Assembly (NCBI RefSeq): GCF_964355755.1
Contig: NC_092674.1
Coordinates: 15,686,001-15,750,000, forward strand
Reading direction: 5' to 3'
Length of the DNA stretch: 64,000 bases
Source of the DNA: Antedon mediterranea
Taxonomy: Eukaryota > Animalia > Echinodermata
The position numbers and the translations under genes are program-made. Positions 1 to 11,691 of the stretch are shown one piece after another (position 1 is the first letter of the stretch; the number at the start of each line of letters is the position of its first letter). The notes under the pieces are model-generated. The model saw nothing but the letters and a program-made list of their open reading frames with translations. It was not told the origin of the DNA and made no database searches.

Positions 1-707
1 TCGCTGCAATTCAAGTGGTTTATGGATTGGAGATCTAGCTCCATCGGTGCATTGCGTGATATCGTATACAGGTATGCCACCCACTCGTTGTAAGTGTTGG
101 ATGTTACGTGGTACTTCGTTCCATTCACTATAATGATATATGGCAGATAGTATTGCCAACCGTCTGTCAATCGATACCTATAACAAGAAAACAACATTAT
201 TTATTAATAACGATGATCATGTAAATAAATAATAAGGATAATCAATGGTATTTCTGTTAAAATTACAAATGTAAGGAGCATTACTAGTAAAATGACAAAA
301 GTATTGTAACCGAATAAGTAATGTAAGTAAGTTGCAGGCAGTGAGTTTTATTTAAGAAAAGGTTATTACAAATAATGTGGTAGAAAGAAGTTTCGTATCG
401 ATCATTAAATTACCTGTAAAGGCCAACATTGTTATTGCAATGAATAAGTTGGTTTAATAATGTAAATCACATACCTGTGTCTGTCAACCTTTTCGATATA
501 CGGAGATTCATTGAAGATCTGTCGAACACATTCTCTGACATTCCTCATATTATACTTCTCCGGACAAATTTTATCAATAATGTGCAGCACGTTTAGAGAA
601 CCGCTGGTAGTATCTGGACAACGGAGAAGAGCCGCCACAACAAGTTCTTGAAATGAGAGAGGCATCATCAATGTATCGGTGAGATCGGAGAACATCATGC
701 AAGACAT
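1..707 (-). CDS. Forkhead/winged-helix-like two-exon gene, partial copy (exon 1 707..475; exon 2 from 177, running off the window)
   Basis: Same structure as the 1716..2567 copy; S66N allele. Confidence 0.65.
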
Positions 708-779
708 ATTTAGGTTATTCGTCGTTCGGATAATAGTCGAATGGTAGCTTTTCAGATAATTCAGTTGACTTTAATAGTT

Positions 780-814
780 GAATGCCGTAGAAATCAAAGG
801 CACACCATTTTATA
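780..814 (-). promoter_or_regulatory. Predicted Pol II core promoter of the forkhead-like gene: TATAAAA (814..808) plus Inr-like GCATTC (A at 783); repeated in each unit
   Basis: The first T of TATAAAA is 31 nt upstream of the A in CA+1TTC, the canonical TATA-Inr spacing. ATG follows 76 nt later at 707. Confidence 0.6.
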
Positions 815-857
815 AATGTCTTTGTCGGTTAGATATTAATGAAAGAACAAGAAAAAC

Positions 858-931
858 ACAATAGAAACAATGGCTGCGTTGAGTAACGCGGGCGCAATCG
901 CAACAATAAACAATTTTAAAACAATAGAAAC
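858..931. promoter_or_regulatory. Cluster of Sox-type AACAAT motifs and one Fox-type ATAAACA in the divergent intergenic region
   Basis: AACAAT at 866, 902, 909 and 920; ACAATAGAAAC direct repeat at 858 and 921; ATAAACA at 906-912. Function is inferred only. Confidence 0.3.
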
Positions 932-1124
932 GGTAAAGCAAAGAAAGCAGATGACACTTTAATGATTTGTCGGTATGAAATTACAACTTCCAATACTATT
1001 AAAAACAACTAGCATTTAAATTTAGTTGATATGAAAATATGTTTGAGAATAGACTACAGTTAATGTAAGTTACAGAAGAGTATATTACTATTTACATTAT
1101 GACACTGTAACTGAATATAAATAC

Positions 1125-1150
1125 CAGAATGACACTTGTACAACGATACC
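1125..1150 (+). promoter_or_regulatory. Expected position of the U1 proximal sequence element (PSE)
   Basis: Positional inference (about -65 to -45 from U1 +1 at 1192). Contains ATGACACT, also found at 951 and 1099. PSE sequence is lineage-specific, so it cannot be verified by eye. Confidence 0.3.
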
Positions 1151-1191
1151 AAGCCAATATGTCAGCTAAGAAGGTGGTATGGCGTTTAAGC

Positions 1192-1357
1192 ATACTTACC
1201 TGGCACAGGAGCGACTTTGATCAGGAAGGAATGTCCTCCCAAGATGAGGCCTCAGCATTGCACACACGGCTGCGGTTGACCCTTGCGATTCCCCCAAACG
1301 TGGGGAACTCGGGTGTATAATTTATGGTAGCGGGGGACTGCGTTCGCGCTAACCCCC
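1192..1357 (+). ncRNA. U1: U1 spliceosomal snRNA
   Basis: 5' ATACTTACCTGG; SL1 GGAG-GAC-TTT/GATCAGGAAG loop/GAA-GTC-CTCC; SL2 loop ATTGCAC (U1A site); SL3 TTCCCC-CAAACGT-GGGGAA; Sm site AATTTATGG (1319-1327); SL4 GGGGGACTGCGTTCGCGCTAACCCC. 3' end uncertain by about 2 nt. Confidence 0.98.
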
Positions 1358-1715
1358 ACCCCAATTCGACATTAATATTAGATAAGCCTATGCAGTTCAC
1401 GATAATCGTTAGTTTAATTAAGAACACTTGATATATAACTATTTATGGTTACATTATCTGTTTTGAAACTTTGTTGGTTTGTAACTATTTATTTTCCCTT
1501 AACAACTATTGGTATAGCATATTGACAGGCGTTGAACGCTTCATAATTATTTCGAAGCGTACGAAGAATAATATCAAACTCTAGATTAAACAAAATCAAG
1601 TAGTCTATTATAGAACTTAGGTATTTAAATAATTTTATTACTTTCTGTTAAACGATAATTATATTTCACTTACAATATGTATTAAATGCTATTTATTTAT
1701 AGATATTTTATTTAT

Positions 1716-2567
1716 TTACATGTCATATTGTTCTTTTCGAAGAAGTTTGGCGATAGAAAACCTTTGACATTTTAGACTCAATGATGAAGACGTAGTATGT
1801 ACAGCGTTTAATTGTTCTGTTTCAGTTTGTAAGCAATGCTGTTTTTCTTCGCCATTTCTATCGCTGCAATTCAAGTGGTTTATGGATTGGAGATCTAGCT
1901 CCATCGGTGCATTGCGTGATATCGTATACAGGTATGCCACCCACTCGTTGTAAGTGTTGGATGTTACGTGGTACTTCGTTCCATTCACTATAATGATATA
2001 TGGCAGATAGTATTGCCAACCGTCTGTCAATCGATACCTATAACAAGAAAACAACATTATTTATTAATAACGATGATCATGTAAATAAATAATAAGGATA
2101 ATCAATGGTATTTCTGTTAAAATTACAAATGTAAGGAGCATTACTAGTAAAATGACAAAAGTACTGTAACCGAATAAGAAATGTAAGTAAGTTGCAGGCA
2201 GTGAGTTTTATTTAAGAAAAGGTTATTACAAATAATGTGGTAGAAAGAAGTTTCGTATCGATCAGTAAATTACCTCTAAAGGCCAACATTGTTATTGCAA
2301 TGAATAAGTTGGTTTAATAATGTAAATCACATACCTGTGTCTGTCAACCTTTTCGATATACGGAGATTCACTGAAGATCTGTCGAACACATTCTCTGACA
2401 TTCCTCATATTATACTTCTCCGGACAAATTTTATCAATAATGTGCAGCACGTTTAGAGAACCGCTGGTAGTATCTGGACAACGGAGAAGAGCCGCCACAA
2501 CAAGTTCTTGAAATGAGAGAGGCATCATCAATGTATCGGTGAGATCGGAGAACATCATGCAAGACAT
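1716..2567 (-). CDS. Predicted 184-aa divergent forkhead/winged-helix-like protein with C-terminal eh1-like motif; exon 1 2567..2335, intron 2334..2038, exon 2 2037..1716
   Basis: Donor CAG|GTATGT and acceptor TTTTCTTGTTATAG|G are both phase 2, so the 91-aa and 113-aa ORFs join in frame. PLSFQELVVAALLRCP...ICP...RECVRQIFSESPYIEKVDR resembles the forkhead pattern PYSYxxLIxxAIxxSP...FP...xNSIRHNLSxxxxFxKVxR. FSIAKLL near the C-terminus; AATAAA directly after the stop. Confidence 0.72.
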
Positions 2568-3051
2568 ATTTAGGTTATTCGTCGTTCGGATAATAGTCGA
2601 ATGGTAGCTTTTCAGATAATTCAGTTGACTTTAATAGTTGAATGCCGTAGAAATCAAAGGCACACCATTTTATAAATGTCTTTGTCGGTTAGATATTAAT
2701 GAAAGAACAAGAAAAACACAATAGAAACAATGGCTGCGTTGAGTAACGCGGGCGCAATCGCAACAATAAACAATTTTAAAACAATAGAAACGGTAAAGCA
2801 AAGAAAGCAGATGACACTTTAATGATTTGTCGGTATGAAATTACAACTTCCAATACTATTAAAAACAACTAGCATTTAAATTTAGTTGATATGAAAATAT
2901 GTTTGAGAATAGACTACAGTTAATGTAAGTTACAGAAGAGTATATTACTATTTACATTATGACACTGTAACTGAATATAAATACCAGAATGACACTTGTA
3001 CAACGATACCAAGCCAATATGTCAGCTAAGAAGGTGGTATGGCGTTTAAGC

Positions 3052-3217
3052 ATACTTACCTGGCACAGGAGCGACTTTGATCAGGAAGGAATGTCCTCCC
3101 AAGATGAGGCCTCAGCATTGCACACACGGCTGCGGTTGACCCTTGCGATTCCCCCAAACGTGGGGAACTCGGGTGTATAATTTATGGTAGCGGGGGACTG
3201 CGTTCGCGCTAACCCCC
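3052..3217 (+). ncRNA. U1: U1 snRNA
   Basis: Same as the 1192 copy. Confidence 0.97.
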
Positions 3218-3575
3218 ACCCCAATTCGACATTAATATTAGATAAGCCTATGCAGTTCACGATAATCGTTAGTTTAATTAAGAACACTTGATATATAACT
3301 ATTTATGGTTACATTATCTGTTTTGAAACTTTGTTGGTTTGTAACTATTTATTTTCCCTTAACAACTATTGGTATAGCATATTGACAGGCGTTGAACGCT
3401 TCATAATTATTTCGAAGCGTACGAAGAATAATATCAAACTCTAGATTAAACAAAATCAAGTAGTCTATTATAGAACTTAGGTATTTAAATAATTTTATTA
3501 CTTTCTGTTAAACGATAATTATATTTCACTTACAATATGTATTAAATGCTATTTATTTATAGATACTTTATTTAT

Positions 3576-4427
3576 TTACATGTCATATTGTTCTTTTCGA
3601 AGAAGTTTGGCGATAGAAAACCTTTGACATTTTAGACTCAATGATGAAGACGTAGTATGTACAGCGTTTAATTGTTCTGTTTCAGTTTGTAAGCAATGCT
3701 GTTTTTCTTCGCCATTTCTATCGCTGCAATTCAAGTGGTTTATGGATTGGAGATCTAGCTCCATCGGTGCATTGCGTGATATCGTATACAGGTATGCCAC
3801 CCACTCGTTGTAAGTGTTGGATGTTACGTGGTACTTCGTTCCATTCACTATAATGATATATGGCAGATAGTATTGCCAACCGTCTGTCAATCGATACCTA
3901 TAACAAGAAAACAACATTATTTATTAATAACGATGATCATGTAAATAAATAATAAGGATAATCAATGGTATTTCTGTTAAAATTACAAATGTAAGGAGCA
4001 TTACTAGTAAAATGACAAAAGTACTGTAACCGAATAAGAAATGTAAGTAAGTTGCAGGCAGTGAGTTTTATTTAAGAAAAGGTTATTACAAATAATGTGG
4101 TAGAAAGAAGTTTCGTATCGATCAGTAAATTACCTCTAAAGGCCAACATTGTTATTGCAATGAATAAGTTGGTTTAATAATGTAAATCACATACCTGTGT
4201 CTGTCAACCTTTTCGATATACGGAGATTCACTGAAGATCTGTCGAACACATTCTCTGACATTCCTCATATTATACTTCTCCGGACAAATTTTATCAATAA
4301 TGTGCAGCACGTTTAGAGAACCGCTGGTAGTATCTGGACAACGGAGAAGAGCCGCCACAACAAGTTCTTGAAATGAGAGAGGCATCATCAATGTATCGGT
4401 GAGATCGGAGAACATCATGCAAGACAT
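3576..4427 (-). CDS. Forkhead-like two-exon gene, intact copy
   Basis: Same splice sites and frame as 1716..2567. Confidence 0.7.
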
Positions 4428-4911
4428 ATTTAGGTTATTCGTCGTTCGGATAATAGTCGAATGGTAGCTTTTCAGATAATTCAGTTGACTTTAATAGTTG
4501 AATGCCGTAGAAATCAAAGGCACACCATTTTATAAATGTCTTTGTCGGTTAGATATTAATGAAAGAACAAGAAAAACACAATAGAAACAATGGCTGCGTT
4601 GAGTAACGCGGGCGCAATCGCAACAATAAACAATTTTAAAACAATAGAAACGGTAAAGCAAAGAAAGCAGATGACACTTTAATGATTTGTCGGTATGAAA
4701 TTACAACTTCCAATACTATTAAAAACAACTAGCATTTAAATTTAGTTGATATGAAAATATGTTTGAGAATAGACTACAGTTAATGTAAGTTACAGAAGAG
4801 TATATTACTATTTACATTATGACACTGTAACTGAATATAAATACCAGAATGACACTTGTACAACGATACCAAGCCAATATGTCAGCTAAGAAGGTGGTAT
4901 GGCGTTTAAGC

Positions 4912-5077
4912 ATACTTACCTGGCACAGGAGCGACTTTGATCAGGAAGGAATGTCCTCCCAAGATGAGGCCTCAGCATTGCACACACGGCTGCGGTTGAC
5001 CCTTGCGATTCCCCCAAACGTGGGGAACTCGGGTGTATAATTTATGGTAGCGGGGGACTGCGTTCGCGCTAACCCCC
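4912..5077 (+). ncRNA. U1: U1 snRNA
   Basis: Same as the 1192 copy. Confidence 0.97.
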
Positions 5078-5435
5078 ACCCCAATTCGACATTAATATTA
5101 GATAAGCCTATGCAGTTCACGATAATCGTTAGTTTAATTAAGAACACTTGATATATAACTATTTATGGTTACATTATCTGTTTTGAAACTTTGTTGGTTT
5201 GTAACTATTTATTTTCCCTTAACAACTATTGGTATAGCATATTGACAGGCGTTGAACGCTTCATAATTATTTCGAAGCGTACGAAGAATAATATCAAACT
5301 CTAGATTAAACTAAATCAAGTAGTCTATTATAGAACTTAGGTATTTAAATAATTTTATTACTTTCTGTTAAACGATAATTATATTTCACTTACAATATGT
5401 ATTAAATGCTATTTATTTATAGATATTTTATTTAT

Positions 5436-6287
5436 TTACATGTCATATTGTTCTTTTCGAAGAAGTTTGGCGATAGAAAACCTTTGACATTTTAGACTCA
5501 ATGATGAAGACGTAGTATGTACAGCGTTTAATTGTTCTGTTTCAGTTTGTAAGCAATGCTGTTTTTCTTTGCCATTTCTATCGCTGCAATTCAAGTGGTT
5601 TATGGATTGGAGATCTAGCTCCATCGGTGCATTGCGTGATATCGTATACAGGTATGCCACCCACTCGTTGTAAGTGTTGGATGTTACGTGGTACTTCGTT
5701 CCATTCACTATAATGATATATGGCAGATAGTATTGCCAACCGTCTGTCAATCGATACCTATAACAAGAAAACAACATTATTTATTAATAACGATGATCAT
5801 GTAAATAAATAATAAGGATAATCAATGGTATTTCTGTTAAAATTACAAATGTAAGGAGCATTACTAGTAAAATGACAAAAGTACTGTAACCGAATAAGAA
5901 ATGTAAGTAAGTTGCAGGCAGTGAGTTTTATTTAAGAAAAGGTTATTACAAATAATGTGGTAGAAAGAAGTTTCGTATCGATCAGTAAATTACCTCTAAA
6001 GGCCAACATTGTTATTGCAATGAATAAGTTGGTTTAATAATGTAAATCACATACCTGTGTCTGTCAACCTTTTCGATATACGGAGATTCACTGAAGATCT
6101 GTCGAACACATTCTCTGACATTCCTCATATTATACTTCTCCGGACAAATTTTATCAATAATGTGCAGCACGTTTAGAGAACCGCTGGTAGTATCTGGACA
6201 ACGGAGAAGAGCCGCCACAACAAGTTCTTGAAATGAGAGAGGCATCATCAATGTATCGGTGAGATCGGAGAACATCATGCAAGACAT
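5436..6287 (-). CDS. Forkhead-like two-exon gene, intact copy (E>K in exon 2)
   Basis: Same structure. Confidence 0.7.
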
Positions 6288-6771
6288 ATTTAGGTTATTC
6301 GTCGTTCGGATAATAGTCGAATGGTAGCTTTTCAGATAATTCAGTTGACTTTAATAGTTGAATGCCGTAGAAATCAAAGGCACACCATTTTATAAATGTC
6401 TTTGTCGGTTAGATATTAATGAAAGAACAAGAAAAACACAATAGAAACAATGGCTGCGTTGAGTAACGCGGGCGCAATCGCAACAATAAACAATTTTAAA
6501 ACAATAGAAACGGTAAAGCAAAGAAAGCAGATGACACTTTAATGATTTGTCGGTATGAAATTACAACTTCCAATACTATTAAAAACAACTAGCATTTAAA
6601 TTTAGTTGATATGAAAATATGTTTGAGAATAGACTACAGTTAATGTAAGTTACAGAAGAGTATATTACTATTTACATTATGACACTGTAACTGAATATAA
6701 ATACCAGAATGACACTTGTACAACGATACCAAGCCAATATGTCAGCTAAGAAGGTGGTATGGCGTTTAAGC

Positions 6772-6937
6772 ATACTTACCTGGCACAGGAGCGACTTTGA
6801 TCAGGAAGGAATGTCCTCCCAAGATGAGGCCTCAGCATTGCACACACGGCTGCGGTTGACCCTTGCGATTCCCCCAAACGTGGGGAACTCGGGTGTATAA
6901 TTTATGGTAGCGGGGGACTGCGTTCGCGCTAACCCCC
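6772..6937 (+). ncRNA. U1: U1 snRNA
   Basis: Same as the 1192 copy. Confidence 0.97.
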
Positions 6938-7295
6938 ACCCCAATTCGACATTAATATTAGATAAGCCTATGCAGTTCACGATAATCGTTAGTTTAATTA
7001 AGAACACTTGATATATAACTATTTATGGTTACATTATCTGTTTTGAAACTTTGTTGGTTTGTAACTATTTATTTTCCCTTAACAACTATTGGTATAGCAT
7101 ATTGACAGGCGTTGAACGCTTCATAATTATTTCGAAGCGTACGAAGAATAATATCAAACTCTAGATTAAACAAAATCAAGTAGTCTATTATAGAACTTAG
7201 GTATTTAAATAATTTTATTACTTTCTGTTAAACGATAATTATATTTCACTTACAATATGTATTAAATGCTATTTATTTATAGATATTTTATTTAT

Positions 7296-8147
7296 TTACA
7301 TGTCATATTGTTCTTTTCGAAGAAGTTTGGCGATAGAAAACCTTTGACATTTTAGACTCAATGATGAAGACGTAGTATGTACAGCGTTTAATTGTTCTGT
7401 TTCAGTTTGTAAGCAATGCTGTTTTTCTTCGCCATTTCTATCGCTGCAATTCAAGTGGTTTATGGATTGGAGATCTAGCTCCATCGGTGCATTGCGTGAT
7501 ATCGTATACAGGTATGCCACCCACTCGTTGTAAGTGTTGGATGTTACGTGGTACTTCGTTCCATTCACTATAATGATATATGGCAGATAGTATTGCCAAC
7601 CGTCTGTCAATCGATACCTATAACAAGAAAACAACATTATTTATTAATAACGATGATCATGTAAATAAATAATAAGGATAATCAATGGTATTTTTGTTAA
7701 AATTACAAATGTAAGGAGCATTACTAGTAAAATGACAAAAGTACTGTAACCGAATAAGTAATGTAAGTAAGTTGCAGGCAGTGAGTTTTATTTAAGAAAA
7801 GGTTATTACAAATAATGTGGTAGAAAGAAGTTTCGTATCGATCAGTAAATTACCTCTAAAGGCCAACATTGTTATTGCAATGAATAAGTTGGTTTAATAA
7901 TGTAAATCACATACCTGTGTCTGTCAACCTTTTCGATATACGGAGATTCACTGAAGATCTGTCGAACACATTCTCTGACATTCCTCATATTATACTTCTC
8001 CGGACAAATTTTATCAATAATGTGCAGCACGTTTAGAGAACCGCTGGTAGTATCTGGACAACGGAGAAGAGCCGCCACAACAAGTTCTTGAAATGAGAGA
8101 GGCATCATCAATGTATCGGTGAGATCGGAGAACATCATGCAAGACAT
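7296..8147 (-). CDS. Forkhead-like two-exon gene, intact copy
   Basis: Same structure. Confidence 0.7.
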
Positions 8148-8631
8148 ATTTAGGTTATTCGTCGTTCGGATAATAGTCGAATGGTAGCTTTTCAGATAAT
8201 TCAGTTGACTTTAATAGTTGAATGCCGTAGAAATCAAAGGCACACCATTTTATAAATGTCTTTGTCGGTTAGATATTAATGAAAGAACAAGAAAAACACA
8301 ATAGAAACAATGGCTGCGTTGAGTAACGCGGGCGCAATCGCAACAATAAACAATTTTAAAACAATAGAAACGGTAAAGCAAAGAAAGCAGATGACACTTT
8401 AATGATTTGTCGGTATGAAATTACAACTTCCAATACTATTAAAAACAACTAGCATTTAAATTTAGTTGATATGAAAATATGTTTGAGAATAGACTACAGT
8501 TAATGTAAGTTACAGAAGAGTATATTACTATTTACATTATGACACTGTAACTGAATATAAATACCAGAATGACACTTGTACAACGATACCAAGCCAATAT
8601 GTCAGCTAAGAAGGTGGTATGGCGTTTAAGC

Positions 8632-8797
8632 ATACTTACCTGGCACAGGAGCGACTTTGATCAGGAAGGAATGTCCTCCCAAGATGAGGCCTCAGCATTG
8701 CACACACGGCTGCGGTTGACCCTTGCGATTCCCCCAAACGTGGGGAACTCGGGTGTATAATTTATGGTAGCGGGGGACTGCGTTCGCGCTAACCCCC
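8632..8797 (+). ncRNA. U1: U1 snRNA
   Basis: Same as the 1192 copy. Confidence 0.97.
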
Positions 8798-9155
8798 ACC
8801 CCAATTCGACATTAATATTAGATAAGCCTATGCAGTTCACGATAATCGTTAGTTTAATTAAGAACACTTGATATATAACTATTTATGGTTACATTATCTG
8901 TTTTGAAACTTTGTTGGTTTGTAACTATTTATTTTCCCTTAACAACTATTGGTATAGCATATTGACAGGCGTTGAACGCTTCATAATTATTTCGAAGCGT
9001 ACGAAGAATAATATCAAACTCTAGATTAAACAAAATCAAGTAGTCTATTATAGAACTTAGGTATTTAAATAATTTTATTACTTTCTGTTAAACGATAATT
9101 ATATTTCACTTACAATATGTATTAAATGCTATTTATTTATAGATATTTTATTTAT

Positions 9156-9994
9156 TTACATGTCATATTGTTCTTTTCGAAGAAGTTTGGTGATAGAAAA
9201 CCTTTGACATTTTAGACTCAATGATGAAGACGTAGTATGTACAGCGTTTAATTGTTCTGTTTCAGTTTGTAAGCAATGCTGTTTTTCTTCGCCATTTCTA
9301 TCGCTGCAATTCAAGTGGTTTATGGATTGGAGATCTAGCTCCGTGATATCGTATACAGGTATGCCACCCACTCGTTGTAAGTGTTGGATGTTACGTGGTA
9401 CTTCGTTCCATTCACTATAATGATATATGGCAGATAGTATTGCCAACCGTCTGTCAATCGATACCTATAACAAGAAAACAACATTATTTATTAATAACGA
9501 TGATCATGTAAATAAATAATAAGGATAATCAATGGTATTTCTGTTAAAATTACAAATGTAAGGAGCATTACTAGTAAAATGACAGAAGTACTGTAACCGA
9601 ATAAGAAATGTAAGTAAGTTGCAGGCAGTGAGTTTTATTTAAGAAAAGGTTATTACAAATAATGTGGTAGAAAGAAGTTTCGTATCGATCAGTAAATTAC
9701 CTCTAAAGGCCAACATTGTTATTGCAATGAATAAGTTGGTTTAATAATGTAAATCACATACCTGTGTCTGTCAACCTTTTCGATATACGGAGATTCACTG
9801 AAGATCTGTCGAACACATTCTCTGACATTCCTCATATTATACTTCTCAGGACAAATTTTATCAATAATGTGCAGCACGTTTAGAGAACCGCTGGTAGTAT
9901 CTGGACAACGGAGAAGAGCCGCCACAACAAGTTCTTGAAATGAGAGAGGCATCATCAATGTATCGGTGAGATCGGAGAACATCATGCAAGACAT
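9156..9994 (-). pseudogene. Forkhead-like gene with 13-bp frameshift deletion in exon 2 (predicted 120 aa, no eh1)
   Basis: ATCGGTGCATTGC missing at 9342/9343; the frame then reads YTISRS-stop. Confidence 0.6.
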
Positions 9995-10478
9995 ATTTAG
10001 GTTATTCGTCGTTCGGATAATAGTCGAATGGTAGCTTTTCAGATAATTCAGTTGACTTTAATAGTTGAATGCCGTAGAAATCAAAGGCACACCATTTTAT
10101 AAATGTCTTTGTCGGTTAGATATTAATGAAAGAACAAGAAAAACACAATAGAAACAATGGCTGCGTTGAGTAACGCGGGCGCAATCGCAACAATAAACAA
10201 TTTTAAAACAATAGAAACGGTAAAGCAAAGAAAGCAGATGACACTTTAATGATTTATCGGTATGAAATTACAACTTCCAATACTATTAAAAACAACTAGC
10301 ATTTAAATTTAGTTGATATGAAAATATGTTTGAGAATAGACTACAGTTAATGTAAGTTACAGAAGAGTATATTACTATTTACATTATGACACTGTAACTG
10401 AATATAAATACCAGAATGACACTTGTACAACGATACCAAGCCAATATGTCAGCTAAGAAGGTGGTATGGCGTTTAAGC

Positions 10479-10644
10479 ATACTTACCTGGCACAGGAGCG
10501 ACTTTGATCAGGAAGGAATGTCCTCCCAAGATGAGGCCTCAGCATTGCACACACGGCTGCGGTTGACCCTTGCGATTCCCCCAAACGTGGGGAACTCGGG
10601 TGTATAATTTATGGTAGCGGGGGACTGCGTTCGCGCTAACCCCC
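10479..10644 (+). ncRNA. U1: U1 snRNA
   Basis: Same as the 1192 copy. Confidence 0.97.
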
Positions 10645-10911
10645 ACCCCAATTCGACATTAATATTAGATAAGCCTATGCAGTTCACGATAATCGTTAGT
10701 TTAATTAAGAACACTTGATATATAACTATTTATGGTTACATTATCTGTTTTGAAACTTTGTTGGTTTGTAACTATTTATTTTCCCTTAACAACTATTGGT
10801 ATAGCATATTGACAGGCGTTGAACGCTTCATAATTATTTCGAAGCGTACGAAGAATAATATCAAACTCTAGATTAAACAAAATCAAGTAGTCTATTATAG
10901 AACTTACGTAT

Positions 10912-11691
10912 TTAAATAGTATGTACAGCGTTTAATTGTTCTGTTTCAGTTTGTAAGCAATGCTGTTTTTCTTCGCCATTTCTATCGCGGCAATTCAAGT
11001 GGTTTATGGATTGGAGATCTAGCTCCATCGGTGCATTGCGTGATATCGTATACAGGTATGCCACCCACTCGTTGTAAGTGTTGGATGTTACGTGGTACTT
11101 CGTTCCATTCACTATAATGATATATGGCAGATAGTATTGCCAACCGTCTGTCAATCGATACCTATAACAAGAAAACAACATTATTTATTAATAACGATGA
11201 TCATGTAAATAAATAATAAGGATAATCAATGGTATTTCTGTTAAAATTACAAATGTAAGGAGCATTACTAGTAAAATGACAAAAGTACTGTAACCGAATA
11301 AGAAATGTAAGTAAGTTGCAGGCAGTGAGTTTTATTTAAGAAAAGGTTATTACAAATAATGTGGTAGAAAGAAGTTTCGTATCGATCAGTAAATTACCTC
11401 TAAAGGCCAACATTGTTATTGCAATGAATAAGTTGGTTTAATAATGTAAATCACATACCTGTGTCTGTCAACCTTTTCGATATACGGAGATTCACTGAAG
11501 ATCTGTCGAACACATTCTCTGACATTCCTCATATTATACTTCTCCGGACAAATTTTATCAATAATGTGCAGCACGTTTAGAGAACCGCTGGTAGTATCTG
11601 GACAACGGAGAAGAGCCGCCACAACAAGTTCTTGAAATGAGAGAGGCATCATCAATGTATCGGTGAGATCGGAGAACATCATGCAAGACAT
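10912..11691 (-). CDS. Forkhead-like gene, 163-bp deletion allele (predicted 160 aa, eh1 and proximal AATAAA lost)
   Basis: Junction TTTAAA-TA-GTATG at 10917-10918; ORF ends VHTI-stop. Confidence 0.6.

Noticed and set aside
318-335. Plus-strand GTAAGTAAGT (and GTAAGT at about 1065), complementary to the U1 5' end
   Set aside because: They are antisense to the predicted mRNA, no plus-strand exon structure was found, and such short matches are expected in AT-rich DNA.
405-422. Polymorphic TTTACAG/GTAATT versus TTTAGAG/GTAATT site inside the intron as an alternative acceptor, micro-exon or recursive site
   Set aside because: Use as an acceptor gives an immediate stop, and no upstream AG defines a plausible micro-exon. 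It cannot be supported without RNA data.
432-474. Tail of the 91-aa ORF (YVIYIIKPTYSLQ), and likewise the head of the 113-aa ORF (MLFSCY), as coding sequence
   Set aside because: These are read-through into the predicted intron: GTATGT donor at one end and polypyrimidine tract plus TAG at the other.
1129-1427. 63-aa (+) and 68/62-aa (-) ORFs in every unit
   Set aside because: They overlap the U1 gene on either strand, have no recognisable motifs, and the minus one is cut short by the structure-neutral C48U change. They recur only because the unit is repeated.
1365-1430. Candidate snRNA 3' box (ATTAATATTAGA or GTTTAATTAAGAA)
   Set aside because: Only a loose match to the vertebrate consensus, and the better-looking candidate is too far downstream.
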